From assembly GCA_023433505.1 (NCBI GenBank), contig JAEZCO010000015.1:48896-112895 (forward strand): a stretch of 64,000 bases of DNA, in the 5' to 3' direction. How positions within the stretch are numbered: position 1 is the first letter of the stretch; the number at the start of each line of letters is the position of its first letter. Made by a program: the position numbers and the translations under genes. Shown here piece after piece: positions 48,043-57,027 of the stretch. Below the pieces are notes generated by a model. That model did not search any database. It saw only the letters and a list, made by a program, of their open reading frames with translations, and was not told the DNA's origin. The stretch is from Bacillota bacterium (lineage in GTDB: Bacteria > Bacillota > Clostridia > Acetivibrionales > DTU013).

Positions 48043-48771
48043 ATGTCAGGACATTCGAAATGGGCCAATATCAAAGTGAAAAAGGGAAAATCCGACGCCC
48101 AGAGAGGCAAAATATTCACAAAGCTGGGCAGGGAGCTGGCCATTGCGGTAAAATCCGGAGGACCGAATCCGGATGCCAATTCCAGGCTCAAGGACGTTAT
48201 TGCCAAAGCCAAGGCTGCCAACATGCCCAATGACAACATAGCCAGAAGCATTAAAAAAGCAGCTGGTGAGGGCGACGCAAACAATTTCGAGGAAATAACC
48301 TACGAAGGGTATGGCCCGGGCGGAGTGGCCGTAATCGTAGATGCCGCCACCGATAACAGAAACAGGACCGCCGGCGATATCAGGCACTATTTTGACAAAT
48401 TCGGAGGCAATCTGGGGCAGTCGGGCAGTGTGTCCTTCATGTTCAATAAAAAGGGCATCCTTTTAATTGAAAAGGATGGGAAAATCCTTGAGGACGACCT
48501 GATGATGGAAGTTTTGGAGGCAGGTGCCGAGGATATGGCCGTGGAAGAGGAATATTTTGAAATCACCACCGATCCCAATGAATTTTCCAACGTAAGGGAA
48601 GCCCTGGAAAAGAAAAATTATGAATTCCTGGAAGCCGACGTGGAAATGGTGCCCACCGTGATGACCAAGCTGACGGACGCCAAGCAGATCGAGCTGATGG
48701 ACAAGCTGATCGAAAATCTCGAGGATATGGACGACGTCCAGAACGTCTACCACAACTGGGAGCAGGAATAG
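48043..48771 (+). CDS. yebC: YebC/PmpR-family transcriptional regulator
   Basis: MSGHSKWANIKVKKG N-terminus, a hallmark of the family. Confidence 0.85.
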   Translation: MSGHSKWANIKVKKGKSDAQRGKIFTKLGRELAIAVKSGGPNPDANSRLKDVIAKAKAANMPNDNIARSIKKAAGEGDANNFEEITYEGYGPGGVAVIVDAATDNRNRTAGDIRHYFDKFGGNLGQSGSVSFMFNKKGILLIEKDGKILEDDLMMEVLEAGAEDMAVEEEYFEITTDPNEFSNVREALEKKNYEFLEADVEMVPTVMTKLTDAKQIELMDKLIENLEDMDDVQNVYHNWEQE

Positions 48772-48775
48772 GGCT

Positions 48776-49081
48776 TCAGGGATCATTTTTAGCCAGCATT
48801 TGGAGCTTCAGGCGCCTTTTGATGATATTTAATTTATCCAGATCATTAAGGTTGTTGATTTCGTATTTCCTGCAGCATTTGGTGCATACGGACCTGTTGC
48901 CTTTAAAGCCGGGACTTATGCTTACGGCACGGTGTACCCTGAAAAACGGCCTGGGCTTGATTTTTTCACAGCAGGAGCAGCGAGGGAAAAGCTCCGGTAT
49001 GTAAGCAATAAAAATTGCCAGTGCTGCGGATATGATAATAAATAAATACATTCGAATCACCCTGCTTAATCCTATTGCCAA
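48776..49081 (-). CDS. small membrane-anchored Cys-rich protein (hypothetical)
   Basis: TM helix then CSCC...CTKCC cluster; true start may be the internal Met (MYLFIII). Confidence 0.35.
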   Translation of the reverse strand: MAIGLSRVIRMYLFIIISAALAIFIAYIPELFPRCSCCEKIKPRPFFRVHRAVSISPGFKGNRSVCTKCCRKYEINNLNDLDKLNIIKRRLKLQMLAKNDP

Positions 49082-49225
49082 TGGGCGGATATTATGACAG
49101 AAAGCTCAAGATCGGGTAAATTACAATTAGAAACTCAAAGGAAAATGATATCAGCAGATATCATTTTTTCTTTGAAAATATATTTCTTAACTTTGGGTAT
49201 TATGGTATAATGTAAGTGAATCGAG

Positions 49226-50218
49226 GTGCTAATGATGAAATATAAAGAACTCAATGTAAACAAAATGTTATTCGGCGATGATTATTTAGTCTATGATTGG
49301 AAAGAATCAGATAAAGAAATCCATATTTATCTGAAATCACAGTCGCATACCGGGGCTTGTCCACAGTGTGAACAAAACAGCAGCAGCTTTCATGCCACCT
49401 ATACCCGTACAATCCAAACAGTTCCAATGCGTATGAAAAAAACCTATATCCATGTAATTGCGTACAAGTATAATTGTCTGAACGATACTTGTGAGCTTAA
49501 GGTGTTCATGGAAAATCTTCCTTTTGCCTCCACTTCACAGGTAAGGACTACAGAGCTGACTTCCTTGATTCTGGCAGTTTCCATTTTCATAAGTAACGAA
49601 GGTGCCAGCAAGGTACTTGATCATATGGGGGTAAAAGCCAGCAATGATACAATTAAAAGAATCTATGACAAGATTTCCATTCAGGATGAACCGGATATAG
49701 AAGCGGTAGGGATTGATGATGTGGCAATACGGAAAGGTCAAACCTATGCGACCGCAATTTATGACCTGAAAGACCATCATCTGATTGCCTTGTTGGATGG
49801 AAGGGATGCAGACACTTTGAAAGAATGGTTGATACATCATAAAAAAATAAAACTTGTTGCTCGTGACAGAGCCAGTGCCTATGCAAATGCAATCAACGCA
49901 ATACTACCGGATTGCATACAGGTGGCTGACCGCTTCCATTTGCTTCAAAATCTTATAGAAAGAATGCGGGACATATTCAAGACGGAGATTCCCAACAATA
50001 TTTTTATAAAGGATGGGAAAATATTGTATGATACACCTGAAAAGGTAAAAGCTTTGAAAGTAGCCCCTGATTCCGATCAGTTGGAAATGTATCATTATGA
50101 TAATGACATTCCTGTAGATAAAAATGGAAAACCGGTTGCTTATGATAATAAAAAGCATGATATGGATAGCAAACAATATCGGGAGCAGGCAGAAAGCAGG
50201 GAAAAAAACAGCATCTGA
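49226..50218 (+). pseudogene. ISL3-family transposase, N-terminal part (zf-ISL3 + DDE N-half)
   Basis: CPQCE...C..C zinc finger; GIDD and ARDRASAY DDE motifs; ADRFHLLQNL; ends 8 nt after an A7 tract. Confidence 0.6.
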
Positions 50219-51039
50219 TAGAATCCATACAAAAAAGGTGGTCGGAGCTTGAGAAAAAGAAGGTTACAACTATTTCAAAGGAATTCTCTATCAGTCCCCC
50301 GGCTGCCAGCAAATATATTCATATGACGCAAGAAGAAATAGCCGGTATGAATCGGCCGGCCAGCTATAAGAAAAGGGAAACAGTCGTCGATGGATATCTT
50401 AATATCATCTACAAGATGTTGCGTGACAAGGTGGATCCGGCAGTTATTCTTGCTTATACTGTCAGGTCTGGATATGCCGGAAACTTGAACACGATGGAGA
50501 GATATATAAGACTGCTTGCTAAAAACAACTTTAAACTCATACTTCCAATGAACTGGGCATACAAGTTTGAATACCCGGATGACATTGTCGCAATCAAGCG
50601 AAACGAAATCTTAAAATACATAACCTCCCGAAATCCAAAAGTGATACGGGATGAAAACACAGGAAAATATCTTGATATTATCAAAGGGAGATATGAAATC
50701 GTTGCAGTGCTGGAAAAGGCATATGATGAATTTCATAAAACGCTCATGGGAAAGGAAGCAGGCCATCTGGAAGATTTTATCAAGGAGTATGAAGCCTCTG
50801 CCATTGAAGGATTTATTGAAGGAATTAAAAAGGATATCGCTCCGGTCAAGAACGCAATATCCCTTGAAGTAAGCAGTGGATTTGTTGAAGGAAACAACAA
50901 CAAATTCAAACTCATCAAACGTATTTTATATGGCAGAGCAGATTTAGTCAACCTTTTCAAGAAAAGTTATATTGCGTTTCAATCCAAGCTTGATAATTTC
51001 AACCTACCACAATTAATACAGGCGGATGCAATAAAATGA
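50170..51039 (+). pseudogene. ISL3-family transposase, C-terminal part in -1 frame
   Basis: frame open from 50170; ends with SSGFVEGNNNKFKLIKRILYGRADLVNLF, the conserved ISL3 C-terminal motif. Confidence 0.6.
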
Positions 51040-51138
51040 TGCATCCGCCTGTACTTGTTTTTATTTAACTAATACCCGATCTTGAGTAAGAACCGAAAAA
51101 TCCGACAGTCCTTTGATATTACCTATCTAACTGCTGAA

Positions 51139-51312
51139 TTACTTATTGCCGGTATAGGATTCGAAAACCTTCTTAACGATGTTTCCGCCTATTTTGCCAG
51201 CATCTCTTGAAGCAAGGTCGCCATTGTATCCCTGCTTGAGGTTTACTCCCACCTGTGATGCGATTTCATACTTCATATTCTCGAATGCAGTCTTACTTCT
51301 GTTGTTAGCCAT
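51139..51312 (-). CDS. ssp: alpha/beta-type small acid-soluble spore protein (57 aa)
   Basis: not in ORF track (under 60 aa); KTAFENMKYEIASQVGVNL...DAGKIGGNIVKKV matches alpha/beta SASP signatures; AGGAGG RBS. Confidence 0.75.
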   Translation of the reverse strand: MANNRSKTAFENMKYEIASQVGVNLKQGYNGDLASRDAGKIGGNIVKKVFESYTGNK

Positions 51313-51486
51313 GTTTTTAACCTCCTTTAAATTTTCACTATGATCATTAGTGTACTCTTATAATCTGCATTTTCGGAAAATTTATTACGGAAATTACTTC
51401 TTTTAAATATGTAAGTTATTGGAGTGTTATTGCCTGCCAAATTTGGGGATATAACAAATATGCAGGCAGGTAGAAAGGAGGATCGA

Positions 51487-51630
51487 TGATGAAGAATAAA
51501 ATTACCAAAACGAAGCTGACGGAGAAAGACCGGAAAACGTTGTCGTCGAATCTTAAAATATGCACCGATTCGCATGGAGAAGGGTGTGAAAAACAAAAAA
51601 ATGCTGATAAGAACCGGCTTCTTAATTGAC
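51487..51630 (+). CDS. possible small protein (47 aa), hypothetical
   Basis: ATG with GAAAGGAGG RBS 4 nt upstream, divergent from the SASP gene; Lys-rich; may be spurious. Confidence 0.25.
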
Positions 51631-51640
51631 AGGACCCTAA

Positions 51641-51690
51641 AATAAAAAAACAGCGATTGCCGGCTTTTGACCCACAACCGCTGTTTTCAT
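51641..51690. terminator. bidirectional terminator (AACAGCGATTG ... CAACCGCTGTT) serving minus-strand DUF378 gene
   Basis: 11-bp imperfect stem, A8 run on plus side gives U-tract for the minus-strand transcript. Confidence 0.6.
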
Positions 51691-51702
51691 TGAAGGTTCA
51701 GT

Positions 51703-51936
51703 CTATTCTCTTGCGTTTGCCGGGTTTTCACGGAACAAGAGGCTTATTGAATACAGCCCTGCCAAGCCAACCAGCGCGAAAACAATTTTACTGTAGATGG
51801 ACATTGTACCGCTGAACAGATTGCCGCCAAATATGGCAGTTACAAGGTCGTAGTTGGCTATTCCTACAAGCAGCCAATCCACGGCTCCTATAATTACAAG
51901 GATGAGTGCCAGTCTGTCTAAAGGTGTTCTATTCAT
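51703..51936 (-). CDS. DUF378-family small membrane protein
   Basis: 77 aa, two TM helices, LALILVIIGAVDWLLVG pattern. Confidence 0.55.
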   Translation of the reverse strand: MNRTPLDRLALILVIIGAVDWLLVGIANYDLVTAIFGGNLFSGTMSIYSKIVFALVGLAGLYSISLLFRENPANARE

Positions 51937-52121
51937 TAAAACAACTCCTTTACTTAATTAATGAGTTTATTATTGCCTGGCATTTTTATAATAATTCATA
52001 CGCGGTTTTACAATTATTACTACAAAGAAACTGTCTGCCGTTGACTTTTTTATGTTAGTATGTGTAAAATGAACTGGACGGATAGCATCGATACCATAAT
52101 TTCTTTGAAGGGAGAATGGCC

Positions 52122-52349
52122 ATGGCAGATTTTTGGGATAATGAAGAACTGGTGGGAAAGATCATAAAAAACAGCCGCGAGGAAATACATATAAAAAAGG
52201 TTGAAAAAAAAGGAAAAAAATACGTGGATATAAGAGTATTCTGGTTTGACAGCAATGGAGATGAGTTCAGACCCAGTCAAAAAGGTGTGACTATAGCCAG
52301 CGAAAGCTTTGAAGAATTCAAAGGCATCATTAATGAGATCAAAGAATAG
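52122..52349 (+). CDS. YdbC/PC4-like small DNA-binding protein (tentative)
   Basis: IHIKKVEKKGKKYVDIRVFWFDSNGDEFRPSQKGVTI resembles the YdbC/PC4 fold family; second ATG has better RBS spacing. Confidence 0.4.
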   Translation: MADFWDNEELVGKIIKNSREEIHIKKVEKKGKKYVDIRVFWFDSNGDEFRPSQKGVTIASESFEEFKGIINEIKE

Positions 52350-52394
52350 AATTCGCCAAAAGTCCCGGAGGCATGAAGCCCCCGGGACTTTTAT

Positions 52395-52589
52395 TTAAAT
52401 AACCGCCGTCTGCCGCGGAAGACGGCAGTTAGTCTTTAAATGCATTTTTACTTTTGCGTTGATTTGCAAGGGTTCAGCAAATTTTTTCTCATGAGGCTTC
52501 AATATATTTTTCAGGTTATTTAACTCGTAAATTTCGTGTATTTCGGAATTGCAGCTTTTGGAAAGCTTCCACAGGGTATCTCCTTCCAC
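52395..52589 (-). CDS. possible LysM-like small protein (low confidence)
   Basis: GDTLWKLSK...EIYELNNLKN resembles a LysM core; GTG start, no clear RBS. Confidence 0.25.
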   Translation of the reverse strand: MEGDTLWKLSKSCNSEIHEIYELNNLKNILKPHEKKFAEPLQINAKVKMHLKTNCRLPRQTAVI

Positions 52590-52953
52590 CGTTGTGCAAA
52601 GAAGTATAGCCGGTTCGTAAGACTGTTTATCAAATCCAGCAGGATATGCGTATTTTCATCGATTTTTTACTGCCATGAGATCTATAATTTCCATTTCCTC
52701 TGTTATCATATGTTGGACCTGCGCAGGATGTGAATGGAAAAAAGCCAATAATTATCTGCGGCTTGACATTGGTTGATAGGGCATAATAAAGTGTAGATAA
52801 CAAATTTTATTAGAACCTGTTTCGTTGGGAGTGTCTGAGATTTTGAGCAGATTTTTCGTCAGACAAGGCAAATTTTCGCAGGAATCATCTGTTTATTCCA
52901 AGAAATTTAACGCAGTATGACGGAAAATCCGTCAAAAGATCAGGTGCAAACAG

Positions 52954-53739
52954 ATGATAGACAGGTTCTTAAGGAGATTATTCATCGTGAGCTTCGTTGT
53001 TAAACCCAATTTACCGCAGGCACCTATTCAGCTTGCCCTCGTTGACGGCAGGATATCCTCTGATATGGCGGAGACCTTTTCAAGGCTTGGCATAGCCCTA
53101 ATCGGAACAAGCCCTTATCCGCATGTGCAAAAGGCCATTTCCTGGCATCCCGACATTTTTCTCACCCATGTCGGAGGCGATGTCATCGTCCATGCCCCCG
53201 GGGTCCATCCGGCGGTGCTGCAGGCCCTTTACGGCCACGGATTCAGGCTGGTCAGGGGGGATACGGAGTTAACGGCTGACTACCCGGGAGATATTGCTTA
53301 TAATGTTGCAGTGGCAGGGGCTTTTTACTTCCACAACCTCAGGCACACCGATCCGGTACTCCGGCGGGAATTGGGAAAACAGGGCTTCGAGCCGGTTAAC
53401 GTCGCCCAGGGATATTCCAAATGTTCCGTTTCCGTCGTTGATGAAAAAAGCATTATTACCGCCGATAAAGGCATTGCAAAAGCCGCTGAAAAAAAAGGCT
53501 TCGAGGTCCTGCTGGTGGAAGCCCGTCAAAACATAGCCCTTCCCGGAATCGGCTCGGGTTTTATCGGAGGCAGCAGCGGCATGCTGGGAAAAGATGTTTG
53601 GGCGGTGACAGGCAAGGCTGAAAAACTTGCCTCATTTCAAGCGATATCGGCATTTCTCCAAAGGAAGCAAATCAACATTCTATCGTTATCGGAGGAAACG
53701 GTTCTGGACACCGGTTCCGTCCTGCCTCTGAAAACCTGA
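52954..53739 (+). CDS. hypothetical 261-aa protein
   Basis: clean ORF preceded by TTGACA-containing promoter-like sequence at about 52765; no family recognised with confidence. Confidence 0.5.
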   Translation: MIDRFLRRLFIVSFVVKPNLPQAPIQLALVDGRISSDMAETFSRLGIALIGTSPYPHVQKAISWHPDIFLTHVGGDVIVHAPGVHPAVLQALYGHGFRLVRGDTELTADYPGDIAYNVAVAGAFYFHNLRHTDPVLRRELGKQGFEPVNVAQGYSKCSVSVVDEKSIITADKGIAKAAEKKGFEVLLVEARQNIALPGIGSGFIGGSSGMLGKDVWAVTGKAEKLASFQAISAFLQRKQINILSLSEETVLDTGSVLPLKT

Positions 53740-54035
53740 CGCGCGGTCTGAAGGATTTGTATTTGTGTTATTTTTTGAAGATGAAATTAATTTTGAATCC
53801 GGCCGTTACAACATGGAGAATATGCCTGCGATAATAGGAACTTACTGCTTTTCATTACATATAATATAAAAGAATAATAATGTGCTAAGTATAATTAAAA
53901 TGTAATTCCGTAACAGGATGGATATTGTTACGAAAAGGTAAAAATGGTAATATTATGGGATTAATTGCATATAACCTTTGCTGCATACAACATTTTGCTT
54001 AGACATATACTAACACTTGAAGGGATGTGAAGTTG

Positions 54036-54950
54036 ATGCAGTTTCTTTGCATTGGGGTTAACGGAAGCGCTGATGCGGTGATGCAGCAGATAACAAATGA
54101 ACTCCGGCAATTGAAAAACAAAAAAATAAACTATTCGATCAATGAGATAAATGCAGAAGGTTCGACTTCCATTATCTGCAGTATTAACGACGGCAAGTTT
54201 TACCGGGAGAAGTCCATTGAATCCTATAAGGTCTTAAAGACCTACATTTCAACCGCCCTTGCCGAGTATATAATAAGGCAGTATGAAGAGAAGCTGTTAA
54301 ATAGAATTATTAACAGTAACTACTGTTATTTTAATTCCAACGAGAAGAAGGAAATTTTGAACAGATCGCTGACCATCATAAGAAATGAAGATAAGAACTT
54401 TTTCAACAACCTGTTCCAGATAAGGCGCAAGAATGTAATCATAAGGCGTCTGATGGATTATTTCGAAAACTCCAACAATATAATATTGGACGGTTTTGTG
54501 AATTTCCGGCTCAAGGAATATATGCGAGATCTGGAAGATGTTGTGGATAAAGGCGTAGACGACTTTTTGATGGACAGGGAATACCGCGAGTTCATTCGGC
54601 TTTTGAGATATTTTGTAGACATTCAGGAACCAAAACTGAATACCGTCCATGTCATCGTTGGCTTTGACAACAAGTATACCCTGCTGGACGACGCAAAGCG
54701 GGAAATAACCAATGAATGCATACAGGAATATGTCAATGAAATCGCTGAAGGAGAAATAAATTATGACGATCTTCTGGTAAGCTCATTGATAACCTTTGCG
54801 CCAAGAAAAATTATCATCCACTGCACAGGACAATTCCGCAACAAGGAGCTGATGGAAACCATAAAGAATGTTTTTCTCGGCAGAGTGCTGATTTGCCAGG
54901 GATGTGAAATATGTATGGTAAACATGGTGAAAAGTGAGAATAAAAAGTAG
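54036..54950 (+). CDS. ytxC: sporulation protein YtxC
   Basis: YtxC-family hallmarks (N/I/K/Y-rich; C-terminal ...HCTGQF...); ORF track begins at GTG 54027. Confidence 0.65.
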   Translation: MQFLCIGVNGSADAVMQQITNELRQLKNKKINYSINEINAEGSTSIICSINDGKFYREKSIESYKVLKTYISTALAEYIIRQYEEKLLNRIINSNYCYFNSNEKKEILNRSLTIIRNEDKNFFNNLFQIRRKNVIIRRLMDYFENSNNIILDGFVNFRLKEYMRDLEDVVDKGVDDFLMDREYREFIRLLRYFVDIQEPKLNTVHVIVGFDNKYTLLDDAKREITNECIQEYVNEIAEGEINYDDLLVSSLITFAPRKIIIHCTGQFRNKELMETIKNVFLGRVLICQGCEICMVNMVKSENKK

Positions 54951-55283
54951 ATTACGGTGTCAGTCACCTGACGTATTTACTGATTTGAAAAAAAAGTAAA
55001 TACGTCAATTGATTGACACCCTTTTATTACAAATTTTTGTTTTTCATACTAATTTCCTACAAAAATTTTTACCATATATATTGACAAGATTTTCATAGAT
55101 GATACAATATATCGTGTGATACAATATCATGTATATTTTTTAAAAATCGGTACATAATATTGGATAGTTGTGACACAATTACCGCAACAGATTTTGACAG
55201 CTTTAGTACAAAAGATAAAGCGGTTTAAGTAACGAAAGATGAAATTGATAATCAACACAAAAGATGAAAAATCCGGGGAAAGA

Positions 55284-55310
55284 AAAGAGAGTCTTGAGAC
55301 TCTCTTTTTC
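55284..55310 (+). terminator. intrinsic terminator after ytxC
   Basis: AGAGAGTC ttga GACTCTCT followed by TTTT. Confidence 0.6.
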
Positions 55311-55374
55311 CCATTTATGGGGGCTTTTTTCTTTCGAGAGCCCCAAATCCCACCTGTAAATGAAAGTAAGGTTA

Positions 55375-55383
55375 TGCTATAAT
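55375..55383 (+). promoter_or_regulatory. extended -10 (TGCTATAAT) for the P-loop/Asp23 fusion gene
   Basis: same 9-mer as at 30582; lies just upstream of R1 copies E and D, which would then be in the 5' leader. Confidence 0.35.
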
Positions 55384-55390
55384 GGGTATA

Positions 55391-55425
55391 CTTAAGAGTA
55401 CTGAAAATAATATTTCCCGTTTTTT
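55391..55425 (-). repeat. R1 repeat, copy E (reverse orientation)
   Basis: reverse complement reads AAAAACGGGAAATATTATTTTCAGTACTCTTAAG. Confidence 0.45.
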
Positions 55426-55448
55426 GAAGTGACGCTGCGGCGGCATTT

Positions 55449-55479
55449 TTAGAAACCTGGGGAAGTTATATTTTCGCCG
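55449..55479 (+). repeat. R1 repeat, copy D (C/D subtype GGGGAAGTTATATTTTCGCCGGTACTTAAAG)
   Basis: forms an imperfect inverted pair with copy E across a 23-nt spacer. Confidence 0.45.
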
Positions 55480-55516
55480 GTACTTAAAGAGCATGCTTTT
55501 TATGGAGGTTGCGGTT

Positions 55517-56356
55517 TTGAGAGTTGTGGGATTTGTGGGACCCAGCGGGACGGGAAAGAGCCACAGGGCATCCTGGGTAGCAAGAGAAAGAGAAATAGAA
55601 TTTATCATAGATGACGGACTGCTGATCAAAGTGAACCAGGTGGTAGCGGGGATATCAGCCAAAAGGGAGAGTACCAGGATTGCATCGGTGAAAAGGGCAT
55701 TGTTCCTGGATGACAAGCATGCCGGGGATGTGAAGGATGCCATTGCCCTTCATCAGCCTGAAGCCATTATGATCATCGGCACCTCCGACGAAATGGTGCA
55801 AAAAATAGCAGCGCGCCTTGGACTGCCTGAAATAAGCCAGAAAATTTACATCACCGACGTAGCCAATGATTTTGAGATAAAGCAGGCCATGTCTACAAGA
55901 AAAGAACAGGGAAAGCATGTCATCCCTGTGCCTACCTTTGAAATAAAGCAAGACTTCTCCGGATATTTTCTGGACCCGCTTCAGATATTCAAGCGCAAAG
56001 GCAAAGGAAATTATCAGCTTATAGGAGAGAAGTCTGTTGTAAGGCCTACCTTCAGCTACCTGGGAAACTACACGATATCCGATTATACCGTATATCAAAT
56101 CGTGGAGTACATTGTGAGCAATGTTCCCGGAGTGAACAAAATCTCCAGGTTCAGAGCGGAAAACCGGCCGGACGGAATATTTATGGAAATGGACCTTGTG
56201 CTTGTGTATGGCTGTGCTATCCGGCCGCTGATACGGGGGATCCAGCAGAAAGTCAAGGATGAAGTGGAAAGGCTTACCGCACTGAATATCGGGGCTTTGA
56301 ACATTACGGTAAAGAGTCTGGTTGTCGAGCCCAGGAAAGCGGAAGTCGCGGACTGA
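55517..56356 (+). CDS. fusion protein: HprK-like P-loop kinase domain (N) + Asp23/Gls24 envelope-stress domain (C)
   Basis: N-term VVGFVGPSGTGKSHRASWVAREREIEFIIDDGLL echoes HprK (G.SG.GKS...ADD); C-term matches Asp23 family; TTG 55517 has GGAGG at -8, alternative ATG 55493. Confidence 0.55.
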   Translation: MRVVGFVGPSGTGKSHRASWVAREREIEFIIDDGLLIKVNQVVAGISAKRESTRIASVKRALFLDDKHAGDVKDAIALHQPEAIMIIGTSDEMVQKIAARLGLPEISQKIYITDVANDFEIKQAMSTRKEQGKHVIPVPTFEIKQDFSGYFLDPLQIFKRKGKGNYQLIGEKSVVRPTFSYLGNYTISDYTVYQIVEYIVSNVPGVNKISRFRAENRPDGIFMEMDLVLVYGCAIRPLIRGIQQKVKDEVERLTALNIGALNITVKSLVVEPRKAEVAD

Positions 56357-56451
56357 ATATACATAATAAGTATAGCAATAATGTAACTTTTTCCCGCTGT
56401 TTTAATATATTGATATCATGGAGACAATTATTATTCAGTGAGGATGTGTAA

Positions 56452-56715
56452 ATGATGGAAATGGACAGAATAAAATGGGACGAAGGCATGATGACAAGAT
56501 GTTTGTCAAGATTGACCGACGCATATCCCCAGCCGGCAAAGACCAAGAGGCCGATTCCTGAGAAGACGGAGGAGGAGACAGCGGAGAAGACGGTGGAGAA
56601 GGAATTCATTCTGGAGTTTGATATACCTGCCGCAGACCCTGTTGCATATACCAAGCCGGCACAGAAAACCGGCAAATGGGATGATTTCAAAAAGGCAATC
56701 GACTTGGCTCTTTAA
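56452..56715 (+). CDS. hypothetical small acidic protein (87 aa)
   Basis: ORF downstream of the Asp23 fusion gene; Pro/Glu/Thr/Lys-rich; no family. Confidence 0.35.
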   Translation: MMEMDRIKWDEGMMTRCLSRLTDAYPQPAKTKRPIPEKTEEETAEKTVEKEFILEFDIPAADPVAYTKPAQKTGKWDDFKKAIDLAL

Positions 56716-56740
56716 AACCAATGTCAACAGGCCATAGTAC

Positions 56741-56775
56741 TTAGGAGTACTGAAAATATTACTTCCGGTTTTCTG
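56741..56775 (-). repeat. R1 repeat, copy F (reverse orientation)
   Basis: reverse complement reads CAGAAAACCGGAAGTAATATTTTCAGTACTCCTAAGTAC. Confidence 0.5.
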
Positions 56776-57027
56776 CAAATGCAAGTACATAGGCGAGCAG
56801 CAAATACAAAGCATTTGTGACCAGCCCTGCTGCATGGACTGTTTTTGCAGAGACTGACAGCGAAGTTATATTTCCACCAGTCTTCCATACCGGTGAAATA
56901 CCCGGAAATCCAGCTCCAATGGCTTCAGCCGGCAATGCCGAAGAAAATGCCGCAAACAAAAAAGTTTGAACCGCTGCTAAAGGTTCAAACTTTTTTATAT
57001 TTTCAATGAATACTGATCGCGAAAGAT

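Larger units (their letters stand above)
49105..51086 (+). mobile_element. ISL3-family insertion sequence (about 1982 bp) with 14-bp terminal inverted repeats CTCAAGATCGGGTA
   Basis: IRs at 49105-49118 and 51073-51086 (reverse complement) bracket a zf-ISL3/DDE transposase split into two frames; no clean 8-bp target duplication seen. Confidence 0.65.

Noticed and set aside
51327-51677. 116-aa minus-strand ORF
   Set aside because: Spans the SASP promoter region and a terminator. Ile/Phe-rich AT-driven ORF with no RBS.
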